DNA of 64,000 nt from a bacterium (GCA_028820935.1 JAPPHZ010000029.1:151437-215436), one strand, 5' to 3'; numbered from the stretch's first letter, positions 18,145 through 27,545 are shown. Notes: generated by a model from the sequence alone, not told the origin. Numbers and translations are program-made.

Positions 18145-19067
18145 CGCGTGAGCCGCTTCATCAGCGAGATGATGATGTAGGCGAACACGCCCATCGCCAC
18201 CATCAAGGTCATGGCCAGGGCCGCTCCCTGCGGCCATTCCAGGCTCTGGCCGAAGTAGAACTCGATCCGGTTACCTATCAGCAGGTCCTTGGTCCCGCCG
18301 AGAAGCCGCGGCGTCACCCATTCACCCAGTGTTGCTATGAAAACGAACGCAGTGGCCGCCCGCACCCCCCGCATCGACAGCGGCAGGACGATCTGGCGGG
18401 CCGCCCGGATTCTCGAAGCGCCCAGGTCCCGAGCCGCCTCGATCACGTGCGGTGACACGTTCTGCATCGCCGCATAGATCGGGAGCACACCCAGGGGAAT
18501 CAGGAAGTTCACGAGCGAGGCCCCCACCGCGAACATGCTGTTCAGGAGGTAGCGGATCGGCTCCTCGATGATGCCCATCCCGATGAGGGTCTGATTGATG
18601 ACGCCCTGGCGGCCCAGGATGCTCCGCCAGGCGTAGATGCGAACGATGTAGCCGCCGAAGAGGCTTACAAGGATCAGAAAGTAGAGGAGCTGTCGCTTCG
18701 CCCGGAAGACGAAGTTGAGGACGTAGGCACACGGGAAGCTGACGAGGAGAACGATGACCGTCAGGATGCCCGCCACCTGGATGGTCCGCAGTCCGAGCCG
18801 GGCGTGGATGGAGGTTGTCAGGACTTCGGCGTAGTTCGACAGCACGAAAGCGGGCACCGGATCGAAGTCGACCAGCCGGAAGAAGCTCATGGCCAGCAGG
18901 CCGGCCAGGGGAACGAGGAACAGCAGCGCGAAGTACGCTGACCCCGGGAACAGCTGCAACCAGGCGGCCACTCTCCGGCGGCGATCGATCGCGACGAGGA
19001 CCTCGCCGGATGTTCCCCGTCGGGAACGCTTCCTGCGAGGTCCTCGCCTCGTGACGCTCTCCGTCAT
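18141..19067 (-). CDS. ABC transporter permease (PotB-like).
   Basis: Multi-TM protein with an EAA-type loop (IEAARDLGASRIRAARQIVLP). Confidence 0.8.
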   Translation of the reverse strand: MTESVTRRGPRRKRSRRGTSGEVLVAIDRRRRVAAWLQLFPGSAYFALLFLVPLAGLLAMSFFRLVDFDPVPAFVLSNYAEVLTTSIHARLGLRTIQVAGILTVIVLLVSFPCAYVLNFVFRAKRQLLYFLILVSLFGGYIVRIYAWRSILGRQGVINQTLIGMGIIEEPIRYLLNSMFAVGASLVNFLIPLGVLPIYAAMQNVSPHVIEAARDLGASRIRAARQIVLPLSMRGVRAATAFVFIATLGEWVTPRLLGGTKDLLIGNRIEFYFGQSLEWPQGAALAMTLMVAMGVFAYIIISLMKRLTR

Positions 19068-19103
19068 CCTTTGCCGCTGGGCGATGCCGTCAGGCGCTGA
19101 CCC

Positions 19104-20300
19104 TTATGCCTCGGCCTTGATCTCCTCCCAGGCGTCAAGCCAGTCGGAGATCGAGGTGATTCCCTCGGGCGCCTCGTCATCTTCCGGTGGCTGAGCATTG
19201 CGGAAGGAGACGGCCGAAGTATCGGTGCGGACCAGGTCGTAGTCGTATATCTGAGCGCCCGGACCGGCTATCTCCGCCGAGTTGGAATTGACCACGCCGG
19301 ACACCAGGTTCTCGCCCACTTGGGCGTTGATCTCGTCCGAGATCATCAGGTCGATGTACTCGTAGGCGCAGTCCACGTCGTCGGCCGTGACCGGGATGGC
19401 GAGTCCGTCCCACCAGCCGCCGCCGCCCGACTCCTCGAAGAAGGCGAAGTCCAGGGTTTCGCCCTGCTCCTCTGCCCAGGTGAGCATGGCCTCCCAGCCG
19501 TTGACGTTCAGGTCCGAGTCACCCGCCACCATGATGTCGGTAGCGTCCCGGTAGCCGTTGGCGAACGCCGATGCGTTGCGGAGGATCTGCAGTGCCTGAT
19601 CCTTCACCACCTCGAGTTGATCGGCGTTTATGTTGGTGCGGTCGCCCACGCCGTCATCGAACCCGTTCGCAATCGCCAGCATCGAGAAGACGAGAGTCGG
19701 CGAGTCGAAGATGGTGAAGCGGCCCTCCCACTCCGGCTCCATGAGCTCGGTGATGGACTTGGGGGGGTTGGCCACCCGTCCGGGATGGTAGATGTAGGGC
19801 CCGTCACCCCAGGCGATCGGCACGCCATACACCTGCCCGTCGGCACCCCTCAGCGAGGAGTTCTCCCTGAGACCCGGGAACATCTTGTCCCAGTTCTCCA
19901 GCCTCGAAGTGTCGATCGGCTGGAAGAGGCCTGCCTCGATGTGCCGGGGACCGACGTGGTAGGCGATCGTGGCTAGGTCGTATACGTCACCCACCTTGAT
20001 GGCCGCGACGAACTGGGGCCAGCTACCCGGCCAGTTGGTTTCCAGAGCGACGCCGTTCTCGTCGCGCCAGGCCTGAAGTTCCGTTTCGCCCGCTTCGCCG
20101 TCGAGACCGATGAAGCTCAGGGTTGCGCCCTCACAAGCGCTCATGGCCTCGGCCATTGCTTCCGTGGTCGTGGGTGCCGCGGTCGTGGGCGCGGCCGTGG
20201 TGGCAGCCGCGGTCGTCGCTGCAGGCTCGTCCTCGCCGCAGGCCGCCACCATAAGGGCGAGCGCCGCGAGCGTGACCAAAACGCGTCCTCGAATAGTCAT
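19104..20300 (-). CDS. Polyamine-type ABC transporter substrate-binding lipoprotein (PotD/PotF family) with a Thr/Ala-rich linker.
   Basis: MTIRGRVLVTLAALALMVAACG lipobox and AATTAAATTAAPTTAAPTTT linker. A GGAGGAGG RBS precedes the ATG at 20300. Confidence 0.75.
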   Translation of the reverse strand: MTIRGRVLVTLAALALMVAACGEDEPAATTAAATTAAPTTAAPTTTEAMAEAMSACEGATLSFIGLDGEAGETELQAWRDENGVALETNWPGSWPQFVAAIKVGDVYDLATIAYHVGPRHIEAGLFQPIDTSRLENWDKMFPGLRENSSLRGADGQVYGVPIAWGDGPYIYHPGRVANPPKSITELMEPEWEGRFTIFDSPTLVFSMLAIANGFDDGVGDRTNINADQLEVVKDQALQILRNASAFANGYRDATDIMVAGDSDLNVNGWEAMLTWAEEQGETLDFAFFEESGGGGWWDGLAIPVTADDVDCAYEYIDLMISDEINAQVGENLVSGVVNSNSAEIAGPGAQIYDYDLVRTDTSAVSFRNAQPPEDDEAPEGITSISDWLDAWEEIKAEA

Positions 20301-20343
20301 CGAGTCCTCCTCCGTGAAGGGTTCCGTCTCCACATGGTCAACT

Positions 20344-20375
20344 CCGTTGCGTTCTGCGCAACGGTCTTGCGTTGC
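20344..20375. promoter_or_regulatory. Palindromic candidate operator CCGTTGCG-ttctg-CGCAACGG followed by TCTTGCGTTGC, in the divergent iclR / pot-like promoter region.
   Basis: Perfect 8-bp inverted repeat with a 5-bp spacer. The same composite motif recurs at 27516-27545. Confidence 0.5.
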
Positions 20376-20489
20376 TGATTCTGGTGCCCCCCTCTCGAAC
20401 GTGTCAAGTGGTTACGCAGGTCGCCGCGGCGGGGTTTTCCCCGGCGATTCCATCGGTTACTGTTCTGGATTCGTTGTCGGGGAGGAACA

Positions 20490-21272
20490 GTGGTCTTGAT
20501 GGAGACGGTGGCGCGCGCTGTCCGTACGGTCGAGTTCGTGGCCCGGGAAGGCAGCGTGAGGCTCGACGACGTGGCATCGGAAATCGGCGTCCACAAGTCC
20601 AACGCCCTGCGGCTGCTGAACACCCTGTGCGAGCTTGACTGGATCGTGCTCGACGACCGGCGGTCGTACACGGTCAGTCCCCATCTCGTTGCACTCGGGC
20701 AGGCCGCCGCGGCGGGCACGTCGTTCCGGCAGGCGCTCCAGCTTGCCGAGACACTCCGTGACCTGTCGGGGGAGACGGTGCATGTCGCGGTACCGCATCG
20801 CCGTCGAATGCTCATCGTCGGACGCGTGGACAGCCGCGACCCGCTGCGCGTTTCCTGCCAGTTGGGAACCCAGGACGCCCTGCATACCTCGGCGCTCGGT
20901 AAGGCCTACCTAGCGGTCCTTTCCGAGCCTGAGGCGGAATCCTTGATAACCGACCTCGATCTGGTGGGTCTGACGCCGTTCTCCATCACGTCCCGCAGCA
21001 CCCTGGCGGCCGAGGTGCGCCGCACTCGGGACCGCGGATACAGCCTTGATTTCGAGGAGGGCCGGCTGGGCGTCTGCTGCATGGGCTTCGCCCTCCGTCT
21101 CGGGAGCAACCTGGACCCGGTAGCCATCTCGATCACCGGGCCGTCCGATCGCTGGACCAAGGACAGGATGAGCGGGCTGGCGCCACGACTGCTCGAACAT
21201 GTCCGGGCGTTCAAAGCGGTCCCGCTCGCCGGGAGCGCCCCGGGTCAGACCGCGCCGTCCGGGATCCGGTAA
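20490..21272 (+). CDS. IclR-family transcriptional regulator.
   Basis: N-terminal HTH (VASEIGVHKSNALRLLNTL) and a C-terminal IclR effector domain. 260 aa. Confidence 0.85.
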   Translation: MVLMETVARAVRTVEFVAREGSVRLDDVASEIGVHKSNALRLLNTLCELDWIVLDDRRSYTVSPHLVALGQAAAAGTSFRQALQLAETLRDLSGETVHVAVPHRRRMLIVGRVDSRDPLRVSCQLGTQDALHTSALGKAYLAVLSEPEAESLITDLDLVGLTPFSITSRSTLAAEVRRTRDRGYSLDFEEGRLGVCCMGFALRLGSNLDPVAISITGPSDRWTKDRMSGLAPRLLEHVRAFKAVPLAGSAPGQTAPSGIR

Positions 21273-22369
21273 GCGTCCAGAGCCCCCCGGTCGAGCCGCA
21301 CGCCGAGGCCGGCGCCCGGCGGGACCGTGGCTGATCGCCACCCCACGAAACGGGCGTTCTCGACCATGGTCGCCTCGAAGTAGAGGGGCCCGATCAGGTC
21401 GCTCGGCACCGTCGGGCTCAGATACTTCGTGGCTGCCGCCGTATGGGCCATCGCCGCCGCGCCGACGCCGAGTTCGAGGTTCGAGCCGAACGACACGGCC
21501 AGCCCGACGGCACGGGCCAGACCGGCCATCCTGATAGTCCGCCTCAGCCCACCGCACTTACCTGGGTAGAGGTTGACGGTATCGAAGGAGCGGTGACGGG
21601 CCGCCTCGACCACATCTGCGGCGGTCCAGATCGACTCGTCACCCATGACCGCCATCGACGTCGACCGGAGGAGGGTGGCCGATGCTGCGGCTGACATCCT
21701 CGGGAGCGGCTGCTCGACCGCAACCACGCCGAGTGCCGCCAACCCCTCGAACGCGGTTGCCGCCTCCTCGGGGTTCCATCCCTCGTTGGCGTCGACGGTG
21801 ATCTGGACATCCGGTCCGGCGGCGCTGCGGACCGTGGCCACCCGGGCAATGTCCTCTTCAACCCCGAGCCCCACCTTCACCTTCAGCGTGGTGGCTCCCA
21901 GGCCGGCGGCGTCGGCCGCCATGGCCCCCACGGTCTCGACGTCCCGCGCCGGGAGCACCAGCTTGGTGGTGATCCCCGTGCGGTAAGCGCCCCCCAGGAA
22001 GGCATGGGCGGGTATTCCGAAGTGGCGTCCGGCCACATCCAGGCAGGCCATCTCGACAGCCGCCCGGAGAAATGGCCGGTTGCTGACCACCCCGTCGATC
22101 CGGGCGGATACGTCGGCCCACTGGAGGGGATCGGCGCCGAGGAGGGCCTCTCCCAGAGGACCTCTCAGCAACCTGGAGGTCTCCAGCGCTTCCTCCCCGT
22201 TCCATCGTGGGTCGCAGGTGATCTCGCCGAGTCCCGTCCTTCCCGGACTGCACTCGATCTCGAGCACGACATAGCGGCTCGCCTTCACCGATCCGTGCGC
22301 GGTCCTGGGCAGGAAGCGGGCCAGCCGGGGAACCTCGACGGGCGTGGCTGTGATCCCGGTTATGCGCAA
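21245..22369 (-). CDS. Enolase-superfamily enzyme (MR/MLE family). Probable TTG start at 22369. The longest ORF extends to a GTG at 22450, overlapping the upstream gene by 50 nt.
   Basis: N-terminus LRITGITATPVEVP aligns with MRIERIRSTAVAVP of the adjacent paralog. Confidence 0.65.
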   Translation of the reverse strand: MRITGITATPVEVPRLARFLPRTAHGSVKASRYVVLEIECSPGRTGLGEITCDPRWNGEEALETSRLLRGPLGEALLGADPLQWADVSARIDGVVSNRPFLRAAVEMACLDVAGRHFGIPAHAFLGGAYRTGITTKLVLPARDVETVGAMAADAAGLGATTLKVKVGLGVEEDIARVATVRSAAGPDVQITVDANEGWNPEEAATAFEGLAALGVVAVEQPLPRMSAAASATLLRSTSMAVMGDESIWTAADVVEAARHRSFDTVNLYPGKCGGLRRTIRMAGLARAVGLAVSFGSNLELGVGAAAMAHTAAATKYLSPTVPSDLIGPLYFEATMVENARFVGWRSATVPPGAGLGVRLDRGALDAYRIPDGAV

Positions 22370-22400
22370 GAAACCAGCTGTCCGATCCGCTCCGGCGGGC

Positions 22401-23519
22401 TCAACCGGTGTCTTTGTAACGTTCCAGGGCGTCCCGATCCAGGCGCACACCCAGCCCGGGGCCTTCAGGTGCCACAGCGACGCCCGCTCTCACGTCGAGA
22501 GGCTCGGCAATCACATCACCCTCGTAATAGAAGGGGCTGAGGATGTCCGCCGGTACGCGCCGGTCGAATCCGGGGGTCGAGGCTGCGATGTGGATGTGGG
22601 CCGCCAGCGCTATGCCGAGTTCCAGGTTGGATCCGATGGTCCACCCGAGACCGAATGACGTGGCCACGGCCGCCACCCGCCTGGCGGCGGCTATCCCGCC
22701 GGCCATACCGACATAAACGGACAGGATGTCGCATGACTCGTTCAGCGCGAGCAGCGCCGCGTCCTCCGGTGTACCGGCGGACTCGTCGGCGACCACCGGC
22801 ATCCTGACCTGCCGCCTTACCTCGGCCATGCCTGCCAGGTCCCGCGCCGGTACCGGCTGTTCCATGAACGAGACGCCCAGCGGGGCGATCTGACCGCCGG
22901 CCTGGATGGCCTCGCCGCGGTTCCACCCCCCGTTCGCGTCCACACCCAGTACCACGTCGTCACCGATCGCCGCCCGCACCGCCGCCACCCGGGCCACGTC
23001 AGCTCCGACACCGCCCCGCCCGACCTTGACCTTCATGGCCGTGAAGCCCTGCTCCACCGCCCAGGAGGCGACCTCGGCCGCGTGGTCCGGCTCTCGACCG
23101 GTCACCGAGAACTTGGTCGGAATCCGGGGCATGACCGGCCCGCCCAGCAACCGATGGACGGGTAGCCCTGCCGCCTTGCCGGCAATGTCCCACAGCGCCA
23201 TCTCGACCCCGGCTTTGGTGAAGTGATGGCCCGCTATGGCGCCGTCGATCACCGGGTGGAGCGCCTCTGGCGACCGGGGATCGAGGCCGGTGACCGCCGG
23301 TCCTATATATGTCTCGATCACGTGCCGGGCGGTTGACGAGTCCTCGCCGCTCCAGACCGGGGTGCAGGACACTTCTCCCAGCCCCACCAGGCCCTCGTCG
23401 GTCTCCACCTCGAGGATAAGGAAAGGCGAACGCTGGTGAGTCCCGCTGGCGCCGGCGATTATCCGCTCCTCGACCATAGGCACGGCCACCGCCGTGGAAC
23501 GTATCCGCTCGATTCTCAT
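22401..23519 (-). CDS. Enolase-superfamily enzyme (MR/MLE family).
   Basis: MRIERIRSTAVAVPMVEE...LILEVETDEGLVGLGE and the conserved metal-binding region. Confidence 0.8.
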   Translation of the reverse strand: MRIERIRSTAVAVPMVEERIIAGASGTHQRSPFLILEVETDEGLVGLGEVSCTPVWSGEDSSTARHVIETYIGPAVTGLDPRSPEALHPVIDGAIAGHHFTKAGVEMALWDIAGKAAGLPVHRLLGGPVMPRIPTKFSVTGREPDHAAEVASWAVEQGFTAMKVKVGRGGVGADVARVAAVRAAIGDDVVLGVDANGGWNRGEAIQAGGQIAPLGVSFMEQPVPARDLAGMAEVRRQVRMPVVADESAGTPEDAALLALNESCDILSVYVGMAGGIAAARRVAAVATSFGLGWTIGSNLELGIALAAHIHIAASTPGFDRRVPADILSPFYYEGDVIAEPLDVRAGVAVAPEGPGLGVRLDRDALERYKDTG

Positions 23520-24379
23520 ACAACGGCCTCCTGGTTCGACTCGTCCTCGAGCCCCAGCACCTGTAGCGCCGGGCGCCGGATGATCCCTTCGATGACCTCC
23601 TGAGGGATCGGTGGCCAGCCTGTTCCCGCCGAATCGTTGACCGCACGCAACGCCTCGGCGGTGCCGGACGGCGTGGCGAAAGGGAAGTCGCTTCCGAATA
23701 GGAGCTTGCCGGTGACCCGGTACTCCATCGCGGACCGCAACGCCATATACAGTTGGAAGGGCCTGGTGTGCAGGGCGGAGATATCAGCGTACAGGTTGGG
23801 GTGCTTGCGGATCACCGCCATCGTCTCCTCGCACCACGGGTGGCCGAGATGGGCGATGAACAGCCGCAGATCCGGACAGGCGCGGGCAACATCGTCTATC
23901 AGGAAAGGTCTGGCCCAACGCAGCGGCGCATCCGAGACGAAGGTGGTGCCCTGGTGGCACAGCACCGGCAGTTCGAGCTTCTCGGCGTGACGGAACAGGG
24001 CTATGGCTTGGGGGGAGGTGGGATCGAAGTGCTGGTATATGGGTCCCACCTTGAGACCTCTGAGACCCAGTTCCGAGACCGCGAAGGTCAACCGGTCCAA
24101 GGCGTCGGGCCGGTTGGGATCGACGCTTGCGAACCCGATCAGCTTGCCCGGCTGGGACGCCACGTACTCGCTGACGTACCGATCGGGCACCACCATCCCC
24201 ACCGCCGGGGCATCCATCGCCACCACTATCGCCCGGTCGACGTGTTCCATGGCCACCCGGTGCGCATCCAGGTCGTCCTGCGGCCAATTCATCTCGCCCC
24301 AGGCCCGGACCATCTCAGCCACGAATCTGGGGCTGAAGTGATCGCGGGAACCGACGTGGGTATGGGCGTCGACGATCAT
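23516..24379 (-). CDS. Amidohydrolase-2 family metal-dependent hydrolase (PF04909-like; ACMSD/LigI-type).
   Basis: MIVDAHTHVG start motif and HLGHPW...LFGSDFP C-terminal motifs. Paralog of 29503, 45417, 46468 and 49765. Confidence 0.8.
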   Translation of the reverse strand: MIVDAHTHVGSRDHFSPRFVAEMVRAWGEMNWPQDDLDAHRVAMEHVDRAIVVAMDAPAVGMVVPDRYVSEYVASQPGKLIGFASVDPNRPDALDRLTFAVSELGLRGLKVGPIYQHFDPTSPQAIALFRHAEKLELPVLCHQGTTFVSDAPLRWARPFLIDDVARACPDLRLFIAHLGHPWCEETMAVIRKHPNLYADISALHTRPFQLYMALRSAMEYRVTGKLLFGSDFPFATPSGTAEALRAVNDSAGTGWPPIPQEVIEGIIRRPALQVLGLEDESNQEAVV

Positions 24380-24431
24380 GTTGGGCGGACCTCAGGCAAG
24401 CGCGCCACGCCGTGCGGTCACGTATCTGCTC

Positions 24432-24538
24432 GGAGGGTGCTGAAAAAGGCGGGGATGGACCCTCGATGGCCCGTGGTGCCCTGGCATGCGGTCTTGTTGC
24501 CGAGTTTCGGGCCAACCGGACATTTTTCAGTACCCTCC
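24432..24538. repeat. Intergenic element copy C1: arms GGAGGGTGCTGAAAAAG(GCGGGGATGG) and GGACATTTTTCAGTACCCTCC, inverted around a 69-nt spacer.
   Basis: The right arm is identical over 21 of 21 nt and the left arm over 24 of 25 nt to copy C2 at 40755-40855, while the spacers have diverged. Confidence 0.6.
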
Positions 24539-25696
24539 CAGTGTCGCCGCCACGGCCAGGTACACGCGGGCGGAACCGGCCAGATGGTCGATCCAGACCC
24601 ACTCGTCCGGGGCGTAGTACCAGGCGCCCACGCCGTAGACGACCGTTTCCAATCCGGCCGCCGCCAGATCCGCCGCGTCGGTGACGAACGCCTGGCCGGG
24701 CAGTTCGTTGGTCACTCGCGGGGCATGGCCGACGATGGCGGTCTGCGCGGCCGATATGGCATCTACCAAGGCACCCGACGTGGCTCCCAGGAAAGGCTGG
24801 TGTAAACCGATGATCCGTACCCGGTGGCCTACGTCGTCCGGCACCACGCTCTGGACGATGTCCAGGATCTCCTGCCTGACCGTGGTCCGGTCCATCCCCG
24901 GGACATACCGGAGATCGCCGGTGATGGTCGCCGACTCTGCCACGGCCGCAGGCGAACTGCCGGCCTTGAGTTCCCCGATCAGCAGGCGGGGCAGGTCAGG
25001 TAGCCGGGGTTCCGGTTGGTGCGCGAACTCGTGGTCGACGAGCTTGTCGTAAATTGCCGCCGCAGGGCGGAGGGTATCGACGGCCGACTCCATGCGGGAC
25101 ACGTGCGCGGGAGACCCCGTCAGGGTAATCTCGAACTTGAATGCCCCCCCGTTGGCGGTGTGGATGTTCAGATCCGAGGGCTCCCCGCAGATGCCGTAAC
25201 CCTCGCCGGGTCCTTCGGTGGCCAGCGCGTACTTCGCGCCGAGCCCGATGCCGTCGTGATACATCGTCGCGTGCAGGATCAGGTCACCCGGAAGTCGGCG
25301 GAATCCGGCGGCGGCTTCCACGGCAGCCACCATCGCCGCTACCCCTCCGAGCATGTCCGTGATGCCTCCGCCGTACAACCTCCCGCCGGATTCCCAGGGG
25401 CTGTGGGCGCTGTGGGTCCAGTCGGAGGGGTACACCCCGGCATCGATGTGACCCTGCAAGACGAGAGGTGGCCTTCTCCCCTCGCCCCTTACCCGCGCTA
25501 TCACGTTGGGTCGGCCGGCTACGACATCCGCCACGTGAACGTCCGCCCCGGCGCGCTCGAGGGTCTCGGCGATGATCTCGGCTCGCGGACCCTCGGCCTG
25601 GGGATCATCCGACGGGACGCTGCACAGTGCTCGAGCGATCTCGACCACCCGCCGCGTCTCGACGGCGGCGGCGGCGCGTTCGAACCGGTGGTTCAT
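24527..25696 (-). CDS. M20-family metallopeptidase / deacylase (ArgE/DapE-like).
   Basis: M20 pattern: HID metal site (LVLQGHIDAGV) and a dimerisation domain. 389 aa. Confidence 0.75.
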   Translation of the reverse strand: MNHRFERAAAAVETRRVVEIARALCSVPSDDPQAEGPRAEIIAETLERAGADVHVADVVAGRPNVIARVRGEGRRPPLVLQGHIDAGVYPSDWTHSAHSPWESGGRLYGGGITDMLGGVAAMVAAVEAAAGFRRLPGDLILHATMYHDGIGLGAKYALATEGPGEGYGICGEPSDLNIHTANGGAFKFEITLTGSPAHVSRMESAVDTLRPAAAIYDKLVDHEFAHQPEPRLPDLPRLLIGELKAGSSPAAVAESATITGDLRYVPGMDRTTVRQEILDIVQSVVPDDVGHRVRIIGLHQPFLGATSGALVDAISAAQTAIVGHAPRVTNELPGQAFVTDAADLAAAGLETVVYGVGAWYYAPDEWVWIDHLAGSARVYLAVAATLGGY

Positions 25697-26484
25697 GTTC
25701 TCTCCCTTTCGTCCGGAGCGCTTGGCGCGCTCGGCGAGCCCTCGTAGAAGTCGATCATGGCAGCGGCCACCGCCTCGGTTCCGACCTTCAGGAATGTGTG
25801 GCCCAACTCCTCGGATGCGGCGGCCGGGCTGTCGGTGAATCCCTCGGTCTCCTGCCAGCTTCCCGGACGTTCGACCCGCACCGGCACGTCAATGGAGCCG
25901 ATCGAGGAGACCCAACCAGGCCGATGGGGTCGGGGTTCCCGCACCAGGGAAGGATCCAATGCCAGCATCAGCGACGTCTCGAAGGCGCCCGCATGGCCCG
26001 GCAGGCGTCCGATGTCGCGGGCGCCCGCCGCCGCGAGCTCCTCAGCCGCCAGCTGCCACCACGAGCACGCCGCCACTTCCATGCCCTCCTCCAGTGCGAG
26101 ATCGCGAGCGGCCAGACCGATTACCTCGTGGTTCCCGCCGTGGCCGTTGACTATGAAGAGGCGGCGGAAGGATGCGTGGGCGATGGACCGCCCGATGTCC
26201 ATAAGGACTGACAGGAATGTGGATGCCGTGAGCGACAGGGTGCCGCCGAACGGTATGTGGTGGGGAGAGGATCCGTACCAGAGGGTAGGGGCCACCGACA
26301 CGGGGAACCGGTCCGCCACCATCGCCGCCGCCGAGCGGGCCACGTATTCGGCGCCCATCGAGTCCGTGCCGACCGGCAGGTGTGGTCCGTGCTGCTCGGT
26401 GGCGCCCACCGGCAGGACCAGCACACCGTCCCGGGCAATCGTCCGCGACTCGACACGCGTCAACTCGGCGAAGAGCAGTTTCAC
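25693..26484 (-). CDS. Creatininase-family amidohydrolase (creatinine amidohydrolase / ArfB / MftE family).
   Basis: VLPVGATEQHGPHLPVGTD...FIVNGHGGN...GHAGAFETS, the signature of the family. Confidence 0.8.
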   Translation of the reverse strand: MKLLFAELTRVESRTIARDGVLVLPVGATEQHGPHLPVGTDSMGAEYVARSAAAMVADRFPVSVAPTLWYGSSPHHIPFGGTLSLTASTFLSVLMDIGRSIAHASFRRLFIVNGHGGNHEVIGLAARDLALEEGMEVAACSWWQLAAEELAAAGARDIGRLPGHAGAFETSLMLALDPSLVREPRPHRPGWVSSIGSIDVPVRVERPGSWQETEGFTDSPAAASEELGHTFLKVGTEAVAAAMIDFYEGSPSAPSAPDERERT

Positions 26485-26575
26485 CGGGAACTCTTAGCTT
26501 GGATGGTCAACGTTCGCACCGCTGCCACCCGGAATACTCGGAACGGGTGCATGCCCATCGACCTGGAGCACGCAC

Positions 26576-27499
26576 TCACGACACGACCGGGATACCGAGC
26601 CCGGCCGCATGAGGCTTCGACTGGACCGAGGCCGGTCTCTCCCGTTGTAGCCACTCCAGGGCGATGGCAGCCCGGCGTACCTTCTCGCGAGCGTTGGCGA
26701 TGGCGGTGCCCACGGTATGACCTCCGGATGGGTAGACGCCGCCGGCGTTGGCCAGGCCCATCTTTGCATGCAGCGGAGCCCCTACGGCCACGAAGTCGGC
26801 GATCTCGTGCCCGCGGACAACGGGTCCCATGCTGTCCGGGGTCTCTAGATAGAGGTCGATCGGTATGGATGCAGCCGACCTGATTTCCCAGAGTTGCTCC
26901 AGCGTCACGTCGGCGGGGATGTTGACCGACCCGGCGCCGATCTCCTCGAGCATGCGGATGGATGCCGGATTCGAGACTCCCATGTAGGCCGAGATCTTCC
27001 ATACCGTCTCGCTCGGGAGGTCGCCATCACGCTGCATCCGGGTGAGGACCGCCAGCAGGCCCAGGTCACCCACTAGAAAGCTGCGGATCCCGGCTTCGGT
27101 AGCCCTGAAGATGTCCGCCGCCGCGTACCGAAGCTGGCGCATGCCTCTGATCTGGGCGAACTGGCTGCGCCCGTCCTCCGACCGGCTGAAGGCCCCCACG
27201 TCATAGCCGGCTTTGGGTCCGGTGAACAGGCACACCTCGAGGCCCGTCTCGGCGCCGATTGCGGCCATTTCCCGGATTTCGCCCTCCTCCAGCAGCATGC
27301 CCCCGCTGCCCTGAGAGACGCGGTTGACGGTGAGGTCGTAGCGATCGGCCTGTTCAACGACTGCCGCTAGCACCCTGGGGCCCTCGACGCTCGGGATCTC
27401 GATCCGATACTCGGCGCCGTCGGGGAAACGGCGGTCACTGTCCACCGGCTTCCGTGCGGCGACCAGTCCCTGCCGGCGGAGCGCTTCTTGTATCTTCAT
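26576..27499 (-). CDS. Conserved hypothetical protein (307 aa), first gene of the creatininase/M20 operon.
   Basis: Long ORF with native codon bias and no clear motif. Only a possible TIM-barrel-like alternation is seen. Confidence 0.5.
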   Translation of the reverse strand: MKIQEALRRQGLVAARKPVDSDRRFPDGAEYRIEIPSVEGPRVLAAVVEQADRYDLTVNRVSQGSGGMLLEEGEIREMAAIGAETGLEVCLFTGPKAGYDVGAFSRSEDGRSQFAQIRGMRQLRYAAADIFRATEAGIRSFLVGDLGLLAVLTRMQRDGDLPSETVWKISAYMGVSNPASIRMLEEIGAGSVNIPADVTLEQLWEIRSAASIPIDLYLETPDSMGPVVRGHEIADFVAVGAPLHAKMGLANAGGVYPSGGHTVGTAIANAREKVRRAAIALEWLQRERPASVQSKPHAAGLGIPVVS

Positions 27500-27515
27500 T
27501 CAACCCTCCACAGGT

Positions 27516-27545
27516 GTTGCGCGCGTCGCAACGGCGTTGCGTGGC
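27516..27545. promoter_or_regulatory. Palindromic candidate operator GTTGCG-cgcgt-CGCAACGG followed by CGTTGCGTGGC in a divergent promoter region.
   Basis: Same composite motif as 20344-20375 (GTTGCG N5 CGCAACGG NN TTGCGT). Confidence 0.5.

Noticed and set aside
24412-24684. 90-aa plus-strand ORF reading through element copy C1.
   Set aside because: It is in a different frame from the hyuB-like arm codons, Arg/Pro-rich, and antisense to the M20 gene.
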